From Macrostomum lignano (Eukaryota): a DNA stretch of 29,040 bases. The notes under the pieces were generated by a model. That model searched no databases. It was not told where the DNA came from and saw nothing but the letters and a program-made list of their open reading frames with translations. The translations under genes were made by a program, and so were the position numbers. Position 1 is the first letter of the stretch; every line of letters starts with the position of its first letter. Positions 10,874-22,005 of the stretch are shown one piece after another. The DNA lies in NCBI GenBank assembly GCA_002269645.1, contig NIVC01004068.1, positions 1 through 29,040 on the forward strand. Direction: 5' to 3'.

Positions 10874-12001
10874 TTGTAACAGAGAAAAAAACTACTGCTT
10901 AGTAGTTTTTGTTGTTTTGTGTCGTTGTCATGTTTTGATTTTTTCTATAGCCAAATTCCTTTGTTAATTTTCCAGCAACAATCTAAAACAGCCAGCAAAC
11001 AATTGAAATGTTTCCGACAGGCTTACAGCCGAAAATCGTAGACAAAATGGTACAATTATTCTTATTATTGCTGAACACCGCTAACTCAGACAAATGTAGC
11101 TCTGACGGATGTGCTTCGCACCGTAAATGCGCTACGTGAGAAACTACTAGTACTTGAATTTCAGCGCAAGTGAACAAAGCAGAACTTCTTTAGCGTCTGA
11201 TAGCGTATTTTAAAAGAGTCGCTCCTGGTATTGGACTCGATTTGTAGCTTGTCAGCCATGTCTCAGCTTCCCGAGGTAGCAAGTCGACAGGATATTGACA
11301 GAAAACTGGCAAATCACTCTGATTGCAGAAATAAAAGCTGGAGACGACAGAATCAGAAGCTACCATCAAAAAGGAAAGAACACCCAACTGATCCTCAGCC
11401 TTTGCGGCGACATCAGGTAGCAGGCAAACCTGTGCTCAGATAATGCGGATGCTGTGCTGCAAGAGCCCACTGTAGAGGTCGGCAAAGTGCAACGAATCTG
11501 CGGATTGCATCAAATAGCCGAAGCAGCAATTCGCAGGAGTTACCCAGTCAGGTGACATTAAGCAGAGTTGAAAATGAATGAGGTTGCTGTTGATTCGCTA
11601 GCGTGTGGAGACTGGATCTATGCGAATGTTATGTTTCTTCTGAAGTTGCTAGATGACGAAGTCTAATAAGGAGTGGTCCAGATGTCCTGTTAGATGTCTC
11701 GGAGCTGCCTTACCACCTGCGCTACACAGTGCGGTGCGCATTGGCGAGCTGTTTGACCTCCGGTTCGACAGAGCTCGTGTCAAGAGGTTTGATCATGAGC
11801 GCAGATCTGATCGAAGACGGGTTGCCACGTACCTGATGGCGCAGATGCAACGGCCTGTCTCCAAAGTGCTGACGCAGAGGGATAAAAGTGCAGAGGCTAG
11901 CCGGTCACTGCTTTGACTAAAGTGCGGAATCTGTTTTAAATTCCCCATTCTTATTTAAAAATTTGCGGCTGTATTTAAGCATACCGGTAGATGCTTTGGA
12001 G

Positions 12002-12930
12002 CTCGATGACTTCACGCCTGCGAGAAAGAAGTTCATTCTGGATGACTTTGCTGAAGGTTTTCGCATAACGTTCAGTCAGCTTTGCTGAGGGCAGTTGAGG
12101 TCAGCAGCTACCAGCCGTCTTAAATGAACTATGACGTGGTTGAGTTGCATATTTTAAAAGAAATTTAACTGGATTGCGGCCGGACGCGCGGAAGGACGGA
12201 GTGACGGAGTGACGGACGGTGGCGGCGCGGATGATCTGCGCTCGTGGAGACTTGGAACAGTCGTGTGCACCCGATCCATGACTGTAGTTGCATTTAATCG
12301 ATTGCGCATGGGTGAATTCAAGATTGGAGAGCAAGGAGAATCTGCGGTTCTCGTGTGTCGAAAAATTTGCGCGGAAGCTGACAAAAGGCTGCTTCGAGAC
12401 CAAGGTTGACCTGAGCTAAGCATACGGCTCTTGTGGCGTGCATCCTGATTACTTTGTCAACACTGGCTTAAGTTCAAGTTTTGTGGTTCATTTAACGTGA
12501 TAATTAAATTCCCTATGGTGCGGCGGCTTCAGTCACTTGCTTTTATAATGCTGACTCATCTAATTTTGGCACGGATGTCATCTCTAGGCATTGAGTTCGA
12601 CATTGTGCAAGGAATCAAAGAGCTGCCCGGGGACAAAGCGAGGAAGCTAATTCAGCTGATTTTGGAGAAGCCGGTCAAGGTCAGTTTGAGTCAGTGGGTG
12701 CTCAAGCAGCTCATTGGTAAGCTTGAATGGGCGTTGCAAGTCATCACCTGCTGCAAAACCTTTCCTCATGAAGTAATTGAGCGATACGACACCTTACACA
12801 ATCGAATCTCAACAAAGCTCCCCGTGAGTTTTGAAATCTCAGCAGCTCTCACCGTGAGTCATAACAATTCCGCGTCAGAATGAAATGTTTGTGACGGAAT
12901 TGTACTCGTATGCCAGCTGGTTCTACATTG
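12002..12930 (+). pseudogene. Ngaro/DIRS (tyrosine-recombinase retrotransposon) RT-RNase H remnant
   Basis: Fragments across frames: FILDDFAEGFRI; GCFETKVDLS*AY..VHPD; KFKFCGSFNVIIKFPM; LGIEFDI..LPGDKARKLIQLI; LKQLIGKLEWALQV. These match the DIRS/Ngaro RT motif order. The YLDD region appears deleted. Confidence 0.7.
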
Positions 12931-13453
12931 AAATTTAGCGCAATTAGCGCCGCTAGTTTTGAAATGCGCTAACTAATTAATATATTTATTATAAACTGCC
13001 GTTTCACACGGATTTATGTGTTTTTGCACATTTTTGACTCACAAGTTTTAAATAAATAAGCTAATAATGCTATTGCTAATAATTTGTTTTTATTAGCAAT
13101 CCATTGTCACAGACATCAGTGTCAAACTGAGACTTGACAAGGCAAGTGCAAGTTGATAAATGAAATTAAAGTAATTAACAACTTTTTGGCAATGAACTAG
13201 AAGAAGTAAAAAAACCTTAAAAGTAGTGACAAAAAACAGGATTAATTGCTGATTACGAAAAGCGAAAAATGATATTAAAATTTCGTTTCACATTTCTAAG
13301 AAAATCTGAAACATTTACGTAATCGTTAACCTATTACTCAAACTAGGTTCTCATTTTCAGCCTTTGAACACAACTTTGTTATTTACCATATTTATATTTA
13401 CTATTTGCATGACTTCACCTCTTTAACAAAAAGTGAAACAAAGACGGACTCAC

Positions 13454-13849
13454 GTATCGGTTTTCCGAAAGCCTCGACCTCGCAGATCGTCAGCTGAGGC
13501 AGGCGACTTTTCACCATGATCTCCTGTCCGTATCCGACGCATGGCAGAGTCTTGTAGGCGAATTGCTCCGAATTCTTGTACCGATTGCACACCTTATTCT
13601 CATCGATGATAATCACTTCGAAGTCGGTCAGTCTCTCCCTCAGAGTCGCGCGGTTGAAGATGCGGACGCGCTGAAACCGGACGAAATGCTCGGATTTCGC
13701 CTTCCACCAGGTGTTTTCGTTGCCCGTGTGAGCGCAGTTTAATAGACCCCCTGTATCTGTATCCAGTTTGCCATTATAAGCCTTGTTGCACAAGTGATTT
13801 GTGCCATCCCAGTTCGAGCCCTGGCTGCAGCTGACGAACTTGAGTTTTT
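13454..13849 (-). CDS. F-type lectin domain exon, diverged paralog; phase 1-1, 396 nt
   Basis: About 73% amino-acid identity by hand count to 274-666, with a conserved acceptor (..catgcag at 13850) and GTGAGT donor (13453-13448). Confidence 0.85.
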
Positions 13850-14540
13850 CTGCATGGGTTGAGAGTGGCAGTTGAAATTTCAGATATTTTTTCTAGCGGC
13901 CGTTTTTTTCAGAAAAAAATTTCAGCAAATAATTTGACTCTTCCAGTTTGTTAGTTAAGATTCCCCAATATCGCAGCTTCTTAATAACTTTTTAATTCCA
14001 GGTGAAGCAAGTATGTCTTTTGTAAGTGCGTTCTTACGTTCGGTAAATTGTTTTTTTTCATGAAATACTACCTGATACCGGTGAGGATGCTAAGTTTTGG
14101 CAAAATTTCTGCTGCTTTTGCCTGTTTTGTGTACGCTCGCATTTCCAAGAAGAACTATTGTGGATTTCTCCGGTGACGGGAAGTCTTTGAGTGATTTTTA
14201 AGACTATTTGGTTCACCCGTAGAAGCCATCCTGCGCCTGTCACTCTGATTACAGTAGCGAACGGGATCACTCCTATAGCTTGAGGTAGCAATCTCGGACA
14301 TGGTACTTCAATACGCGTAGAATTCAAAAGTCAAGAATGTGATTTATTGTAAAGTTAGTGCTAAAGCATTAAAAACTGCCTAAGCCAGTTATGCATTTGC
14401 ACCAAAAACCGGCCTCTAGTAGGCCTGGCACGATTTGCAACTTTGGCGTCCACCGTTTACTGTAGTTTTTTATGATGAGACTATGCATAGGAGTAAGCGA
14501 GCAGAAATCAACAAATAGTAGGATGATATGATCTAAACCG

Positions 14541-14733
14541 CAACAACAACAAAAGCAACAACAACAACGACAACAACGGCAACAATAACAGCAGTAACAG
14601 CAACAGCAGCAACAACAACAATAACAGCAACGGCAGCAACAGCGACAACAGCAACAACAACAACAACAACAACAGCAACAATAACAACAATATCGGCAAC
14701 GGCTACAACAACGACAACAACGGCAACTACAAC
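14541..14733 (+). repeat. Degenerate (CAA/CAG/CAR)n trinucleotide tract
   Basis: About 64 triplets based on CAA with CAG, CGG, CGA and TAA variants. Confidence 0.95.
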
Positions 14734-14807
14734 TTCCCGCAGCTTTTCCCGCAGCGAGGTTTCTCCGCTGAAGGTTTTCCCGCCGAGCTTTTCTCGCGGC
14801 CGCCGCC

Positions 14808-15835
14808 TGGATGTCCAGGTTGCCGAACTCCAAGTTTCAAGAAATCAATCGTGCCAAAGAGAAGCACTCCGTCTCATCTCTGCTCTCCCAAAGTTGGAGG
14901 TGGTTTATCGCGAGTCTCTATGTATACCAGCAGTCAGCGTCGAAGCCAAGCGGAAAGCCCTCATCGCGGTGGAGAAGGCCCTTAGAAAGCCAACTGGCGA
15001 CCCATGGAGAGAGCTCTGCTAGCGCTGATCGGTACCGCAGCTCAAAGCCAACAAGGGCCCCCGAGAGCAAGCCCGCTCCGTGCTCAACCAACTCCTACCG
15101 ATGCGACGCCTACAAAATGCCTAGGTCCGTCCCTCTCCGTGGGAGTTCCTGACTAACTCAGATTGCTTGCACCTCTTCCCGGAGCTTCTCCGATGCTACC
15201 TGAAAGAAGCGGCTGCGAGTGACCTGCTACTTCGCTACTTTAATGACATCGAGCAAGTTGTGGTTTTCTCTGGTATGACGGCAGCAGAAAGGTGGTGCAG
15301 CTCATTTGAGACTGAGCTCCGGGCTCTCAGCCTTGCTCTCGAGGACATCATCAACACGTGCCCACCCACCGCTGCCACTATCACTGACAGTCAGTCTGCT
15401 ATTCGAGCACTCCAGGCTGACCGACCCACGACCAAATTTCTCCTCGAGCAACTCAGGGACCTCGTTCGGCTCGTGGATAGGGAAGCCAAGAAAGACGCCG
15501 ACCTGCCGCAACAACACGTTGCCGTTGACTGCCAGGAGATTTCTCCAGCGCTCCATAGCCTACAGGCCGCACCTCAAGGACGTCTATGCCAGTCCGATCA
15601 CCTTCACCGGCGACACACGCCACCAGCAGGTTCTTATCGCCCCCCTATGCCTACTACAAGAAGCGCATCGGCCTTTCGGACTCTGAAATCTGCCGTCGCT
15701 GCGGAGGCGAGGTTCTATCTGGTAGTGCTGGTGGTGCGACTCCTCGGTGCCCTTAACTGGGTCTCAGCCTAAGGAGTCGCCATCCGAAGTCAACAACGGC
15801 AACCACAACAACATTGACAACAACAACAACAATAA
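14808..15835 (+). mobile_element. 5'-truncated, decayed non-LTR retrotransposon with RNase H and CCHC knuckle (I/LOA/R1-group-like), with CAA tail
   Basis: RT thumb region (REALRLISALPK..ALIAVEKALRKP..DPW), RNase H (FETELRALSLAL..ITDSQSAIRAL), C-terminal AYYKKRIGLSDSEICRRCG..CP (15649 onward) and a (CAA)n tail at ~15791-15832. Stops, frameshifts and deletions are present. Confidence 0.8.
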
Positions 15836-16803
15836 AGCCACGAGCGGCGCCACAGAGGGGAAGGTATCAGAGCGCAAGCCTTTGGGCCGCACTACTTAAA
15901 ATTTCAGCTCCCAAGTCAGAGTCAGAACGGGGGCTTTTGCATTTCTGCGCGTCGTTCGCCCTTGGCTTCTCATTCAACCGACTAAAGACTTTTAAAGTCA
16001 AATTCAAGTAAAGGAAGCTTTACTTTTTTACTTATCGATATTTCTATTTCAGCTTAGCTTTACAACCTTTACTAATAAAAGAAAAGAGAGCATTGTGACT
16101 GACGTACTCTTGAAACGTAGCTGAGGTAATTCTATATTAAGATACTCACCAGCATAAGTTCGTTCATTACCGTAGACCGCAAGGGCCACAGCAACGAGAA
16201 GCGACCCAAGCAATTTCGTCATTCGATTTACTAATTTAGAATAAGGAGTGGCTTCGAGATTTCTTCTTCTGAGTCAAAAAGCTTTTCCTAAAGATTTTGA
16301 AAAAACAAAGTTTCTAGAATTTTTTTTAACTTTTTAGAAACGGAATTTTTATAGATACAGAGAAATTTAAGCAAGCATTTTGATCGAATATTTTCTAGTC
16401 AAATCGCTTAATAAAGTGACTTCTTGCTTCTTTCTTTCATTTTTTACTTCTCTTGAAATTCCTTTAAAAATTGCTGCGCAAATAATGATCCCGAATGCTC
16501 TCGATGCAAGGCTTTTCTTAGGCTGCTTCAATGAAAATATGTTGCAGAAGTTATTTTTCAATAATTTTGCTTAGCGTCCTCATCAGCGACTTTCGTTTAA
16601 TGGCAAGGTATTGTCAAGACTTTCCACATATCTTTTTCTGACGGTTGCATCACAGTTTTTTCTTGATTTTTTTTCTGCTAGTGATTAAAAATGTTTGTAG
16701 AGGACGCGAACATTGGCCGACGATAATTGACAATTGAGAAATTTTTCTGCTTGATCATCTTAGTCATGCACTTACGTCTGTCCGACGTTACCGACCTCTA
16801 TTG

Positions 16804-16907
16804 ACGTCGATGACTAAAGTGTACTTTTACGTTACATCGACGGATAACGACGTTAGTCGTCGTCTTAACATCGGTGTAATGTAAAAGTACATATTTGTCA
16901 TCGACGT
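16804..16907 (+). other. 104-nt foldback with 37-bp arms
   Basis: 16804-16840 pairs with 16871-16907: 32 Watson-Crick pairs, 3 G-U and 2 mismatches. The 30-nt loop has an inner stem (ACGAC-GTTA-GTCGT). Confidence 0.8.
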
Positions 16908-17424
16908 TGGATTGCTGCACGGACGACAAGCAGATCATTGCAGAAAGATTCAAATGTCGATATTTTAGCGTGGCTTCTACGAATAATAATTCCCACCTCG
17001 AAAGCTTCTTTTAAAAATTGAAACGACAGATTCGGTCGAGTTTTTTAATTTCTAAGTTTTTAGAAGTTGGAAATGTAAACTCTTTTACTGGTACTATTAA
17101 GATTACTTTCAGACCGGTTGACCATGTCTAATGTAGTAAGCGACTGGATTATCTTTTAGGTGTCTACTCTAGTCAGCAGCCTCTCATGCCCTCGTTCTTG
17201 CCATGTCGCCTGCCGCTGGGCCTTTTCTGCCTGTCTGCCCGTCTGCCCTGCGTGGTGCTTGTATGCAGCCCCTGCCCGCCTCCCTTGCACTGCGCTGTCT
17301 GCCTCCTACCTGCCTCACGGGCTCTTTGTTCTCTGCTTGCAGCCACTTTTGGTTCACCCTGTCTATCCGTCGCTGGCGGTTTTACTAGCGACTCATCCCT
17401 TGTCAACAATTGACAAGTTGCTGT

Positions 17425-17985
17425 CAAAAAGCGCGCGCAAGCGCAGATTTGCGTAGAGCAGCGAGACCGCGAGTGTCAGAAATCTCAGCTTCTCTTAGAA
17501 GCAGGTCGAAAAAACGCTGACTTCTCGCTGAACCAAGCCGCCGCGGCACTTAAAGGGATAGCAGCAGTACATCCTGCAGCGGCTCAGAGCATGCAGTACT
17601 GCTCTGCTCGGATGACGTGGCCAACAAGCTGTAGGCGCCGGATGCGCAGCAGCTGGCTGCATGGGTCGGCAGAGCTGGGCCCGACGGAATAGCTCGTCAT
17701 TGCTGGTGTTGGTGGTGGCGGTCGGCAATTAGTGGACACCGAAAGTGGCTCGCAGAAGTGCAGCCTGAGCGGCGTTGAGTTGCCGCGCTCCTGCGGGCCG
17801 GTCAGTGTCCACAATTCAGCATTGAAAAGAAGGACGCGGTTTCTATGACTGCCTGGAAAAGCCGCCCTCTCAGCCGATACGGCAGCCTGGGGCACTGCAG
17901 GACAGTCCGCACGGTGTGGAAGGCGCCCTAGGCAAGCGCCCTGCGCTGTGTCATGTCGTCTGTGATGCTTGGCCCTTGACAATTT
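17425..17985 (-). pseudogene. RTE-type LINE RT C-terminal remnant
   Basis: RRALA*GAFHTVRTVLQ..RLFQAVIET/VLLFNAELWTLT..LLRIRRLQLVGHVIRAEQYC; same family as 25530-26884. Confidence 0.8.
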
Positions 17986-18880
17986 GATCTAGTCTGCAGT
18001 GCTGTAAACATGTTGGCCCGTCGTGTTTATGGCAGAGCTCGCGTGCTTCTGCGCCTTTGCCTTTTTATGACAAGTAATTGACGTCAGTTGCTAGAAATAG
18101 GGACAATAGTCTATAAATACGGATCCCATTAGCATTGTTACTAGAGTCTGCTTTTAGGCTAACACCGTCCTCCCAACCACCCCCGCTGAGCCCGGCAGAA
18201 TCTGCTGACTAGGTCGTTGGGGTCACAAATCGTCACAGCGTGCAGAGTTCGCTCGTCTTGTTTATTTCTTCGTTCCAACGGGTCCCTCACTTCACCGAAG
18301 ACTGAGGCCTGAAGGAGCTGGTGGCAGCACAACTATCGTACGCTACTATCGAAGGCTTTAGATTAAAGCCAACTCACCCAGCGGATGCAAGTTAGCTAGC
18401 GGACGACCAGAGGAACAACACTAAAGGTCCTCATAAAAGGACAATCACAGAGAGACAACCTGTGGAAAAATTTGGCTAACCATTTCCCAGTTCACTCATT
18501 TTATCTCCTAATCAATTCGGCCTTCGGTTCTGGTGGCACGCGTGTATACTCAGCAACATCGAAAAGTTGCCATCAAAGAAGATTCTGCCTGTGGTCGTCA
18601 CTTTTCAGAGTGCAGGGAAAGTCTCTCAATCTTTTATGGGTCTTGCCGTTGATACTAATGCGCTAGGAAAGAGAAGAGATTTATGGAACGAATAAAATAT
18701 TTTTTTAATTCACTTAATTAGTAAGGCTTGACTTGTTTTTTTCCCAACAAAGTGGTAGGGGAATTGCTGTAGCTAAAATTCACACCATGATGACCACGTA
18801 CTCTCAAGGCAACAGAGAGTGCACCTTGTGTGATCCTTGTACTTACATGTATATATGTAAATGTACTCATGTGCTTGCTA

Positions 18881-19216
18881 TTGTATTTGGGTGGGATGCT
18901 TGCTATCTTGGGGGATGCTGCTATTTTTGGGGATGCTTGCTGTCTTGCGGATGCTTGCTGTTTTAGGGATGTTTTCTATTTAATGGGAACGTCTGTTATC
19001 TTTGTGAATGCTTTATTTCGTTGTCTTTTTGTTACTTTTAGAAGAAAGAGATTCATAGCAAACATCTTTGTCGGTGAAAATTTTACTCATATAAAATGAT
19101 TTATAAAACTGAAGAAGGAATTGATTCTTAAGAAAATGTGCTTGTTAATGTATTTGCATGAATAATTTTTGCTCTTTGCTAATTGAGCACCCCGAAGGGG
19201 GGCACTAGATTTCTAG
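18881..19216 (+). mobile_element. Non-autonomous Helitron-like element 3' part with ~20-bp minisatellite, copy 1 (5' end undefined)
   Basis: GGGATGCTTGCTAT..-type units, GC hairpin GCACCCC-GAA-GGGGGGC (19187-19203), then terminal CTAG (19213-19216) followed by T. Confidence 0.6.
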
Positions 19217-19924
19217 TTACACGACTAAATGTACAAATGAATCAAATTTGATGTAAAAATTGTGTGATAAAATGTTGGTCTTATTTTAAGCCGAATGTGT
19301 TTATCATAAAAGATTTGTCTCAAATCGCAGAAAAATTCATAGCCTATTAAGCTTCATTGGCTTTAGTCTTAACCATCGTCATTTATTTATTAAGAAACTA
19401 TTTATTACTCTGAAATCTACCACAAATAGAATTTGTGTAGCATTTGAATACAAAAAAACAAATTTTAAATTTACGAGCTCCAAATGCAGATCGAAACGGA
19501 TGCTGACGCAATAGCTAAAAATGAAAATGTTTGCTTGGCAAGGCTCGGGTCACAATATTGCAATATTTTAGTTGCAGCGGTAAGAACAGAGTTTGTTACT
19601 GCATTAGCTTGTGTAAATACAATTATTTGTTGTGCATACCAATGCCACATGCACCATAGCTGTATGAGATGCACAATATGTCTTTACCGTATGAAAGGGC
19701 ATTGCGAAGGGCCAGCATTTTCTGGACCCACTGAGAGATCGATTTTTTGACTTGATGAGTAATTAAGGACTATTGCACTAGATGAGAAAAAATTATTTCA
19801 CTAGCTGAGAAGCAGATTATTGCGCTGTCTAAAAAAGAGTTTCTGCGCTATAGCTGAGACGTGGATTTTTGCACAACGTGAGAAAGCGATTATTGCATTA
19901 GTGAAGGTAACGCTTGCACTAGCT

Positions 19925-20243
19925 ACTTGCTGTCTGGTTGATGCTTGCTCTCGAGGGGGGCGGGTAATTGCTATTTGGGAGAGGGGAGGTACTGGCTACA
20001 TTTATGGGATTCTTTCTATACAGGGATGCTTGCTATCTGGGTAGATGCTTCTACAATATCTGGGGGATGCTTGCTATTTGCAGGATGCTTGCTATCTGGG
20101 TGGATGCTTTTATCTGGGGGATGCTTTGGAACCAAGAAGGAATTGCTTCTTAAGAAAATGTGCTTTTTTAATTGTTTTTCATGAACTATTTAATGCTCCT
20201 TGTTTATTGAGCGCCCCGAAGGGGGGCCGCACTAGATTGCTAG
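19925..20243 (+). mobile_element. Non-autonomous Helitron-like element 3' part, copy 2 (5' end undefined)
   Basis: Same minisatellite and shared ~95-bp tail (AAGGAATTG.TTCTTAAGAAAATGTGCTT..), hairpin GCGCCCC-GAA-GGGGGGC and CTAG (20240-20243) followed by T. Confidence 0.6.
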
Positions 20244-20549
20244 TCAGTGCCATAGAAATGAAGACTTTTGCATAGGTGGATCTTTTAGCTGGTGAGCGGT
20301 TTTAGACTACAATTCCCTCCTAAGCTCTGGATCCCAAGGGTGGATTATAGGTACCACCATTTTATGTCTTTCCTCCTAGATGGATTCGATGCGGAAGGGG
20401 ATGTGGAAGTACAGGTCCCAGAGCTCTCTCGTCGTGCACATCTCACTGGGAGTTATCTAGAAGTATTCGGTTAAATTCGGCTCATACTCGGTGATCATCC
20501 ACTCTGTTCCTCAGCTTCCATTACATGCCCTGCGACAGGCGCACTCACT

Positions 20550-20775
20550 ACACCTTTTCACGTTCAATTTTGAACAAAGTCCAGTTCTAAAAAAACTAGC
20601 GGAAATTCAATTCAGACAATTCAGACTGGGGACAATTTTGTCTATGGCTAAACCTCGCTTCCGTAGCAGAATGTTTTGAACTGGGGTTTGTTGCCCCAGT
20701 CTGAATTGTCTGAATTGAATTTCCGCTAGTTTTTTTAGAACTGGACTTTGTTCAAAATTGAACGTGAAAAGGTGT
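20550..20775. mobile_element. Foldback MITE with perfect 82-83 bp TIRs
   Basis: 20549-20631 is the exact reverse complement of 20694-20776, with a 62-bp spacer. Flanked by the direct repeat ACTCACT (20543-20549, 20776-20782); alternatively a TA TSD with CAC..GTG ends. Confidence 0.85.
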
Positions 20776-21527
20776 ACTCACTTCATACCACGACTGATAG
20801 AATTGCTGGCCCTAAACTTGGTGGAATAAGTGGAATAGGTTACGACAGAGTATTAGATGGTGAGCAATGGTGGCGAGGAGACCAGGCTAATGCGACCCAA
20901 TGGGCAGCACAACAGAGGAAAAATACCTTAACAGACGCGGCCGACGGGCAGGTGGTTGTCGGATGGTCGCGGCGGCTGCAGTCTCGGATCGGGGTGTGTG
21001 TTAGGACAATTAGTGGATGCTAATTGGGAAGATCCTGAGGATCAGGAGCAATCAAGTATTGGGGCGCGAGAGAGTCGGTCCAACTCGAAATTTCACGTCG
21101 AAAGCATCTTCCTTTACTAAGTCGAAATTTTCCGATTGCAAAATTTCGATCTTGTGAAAGTGGCTGCTATGAACTTTCGATGTGAAATTTTGACCTTATG
21201 AAGTACCTTGCTAGAAGTTTCGAAGTTGTGAAATTTCGACCCTGTGAAAGCCAGAGAAAGTTGAGAAGAGTTTCCGATTCGGGTGCTGAGTTTCTGAGGG
21301 AAGGTTCGGTCTCGCGAGAAAACAGAACAACACAAGAGACCGAAGCCCAGAGAACAGCAAAACAAAGTAAAGGTAAATGATAAGGTAAAAGTTTCCGCTC
21401 ACGGCTCAAAACAGGCTCCTATTTTTAGCCCTGATATCACGCGTCACGCGATAACGTTAGCGTGATGCGTGACATTGAAGGACAGGCTGTGGCCCGTCCT
21501 TGGACCTCCGTTACCAAACAACCCTAA

Positions 21528-21627
21528 TGACGTCACCCGCCAGCCGCGCTGTGATTGGACGAGAAATTGAGGTGGGGCACAGTGGAGAGAAATGATTAAT
21601 GGTGGGGGTATTACGTAACAGGCGGGG
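21528..21627. promoter_or_regulatory. Cluster of promoter-like motifs
   Basis: TGACGTCA (21528-21535), ATTGG (21554-21558), TTACGTAA (21611-21618) and GGCGGGG (21621-21627) within 100 bp. Motif presence only. Confidence 0.25.
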
Positions 21628-22005
21628 AAAAGCTTGGGGATAGAGGGGTCGTAATGCTGTCTAACTCGTGATTGATTTCGAACAACAGAAAGGAGTTAGG
21701 GGTTGGTGCGCGGGTAGTGGCGTATATTCCTGTATACGCGCTTGTATACGGTGTAATTCTTTTATAAGATCAGTTTTCCAATATTGGATGATTTACAAAA
21801 TTAAGCTTGTCGTTTCTAATCCTTCGATTGTAGCTTATCGACCGCAGACGCAGAAGCGAACTCAATCCTGACAGGGACGATCGCTGCGGCGGGTATAATA
21901 TGTTTTTCGTGAGACCGATGAATTGAAACAATATGATAAATTTATACCAGCTTAGCAGTGATAGTCGATAAAAAATTAAATAAACTGATTGAAAGAATGA
22001 CTTAC

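Noticed and set aside
10980-11990. Several short ORFs upstream of the Ngaro remnant
   Set aside because: No recognisable motif, so they could not be assigned as gag-like ORF1 or host exons.
14002-14010. Plus-strand 9-nt microexon candidate (ttccag-GTGAAGCAA-gtatgt)
   Set aside because: No partner exons on the plus strand, and such motifs occur by chance.
14369-14833. 154-aa poly-Cys ORF and overlapping poly-Leu ORF
   Set aside because: These are translations of the CAA microsatellite. The plus-strand poly-Asn frame has no start codon.
17160-17420. Overlapping Cys/Pro/Leu-rich ORFs
   Set aside because: Low-complexity CTGCC-rich DNA with no domain motif.
18003-18328. LTR-like module: TGACGTCA, TATAAATA (18112-18119) and tRNA-Leu-like PBS TGGTGGCAGC (18319-18328)
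   Set aside because: No CA end before the PBS, the match is only 10 nt, and there is no gag/pol downstream or second LTR.
21080-21250. Recurrent GAAATTTCGA-like motifs and overlapping short ORFs
   Set aside because: Probably a degenerate repeat, but no TIR or TSD could be defined. The ORFs result from stop-poor repeats.
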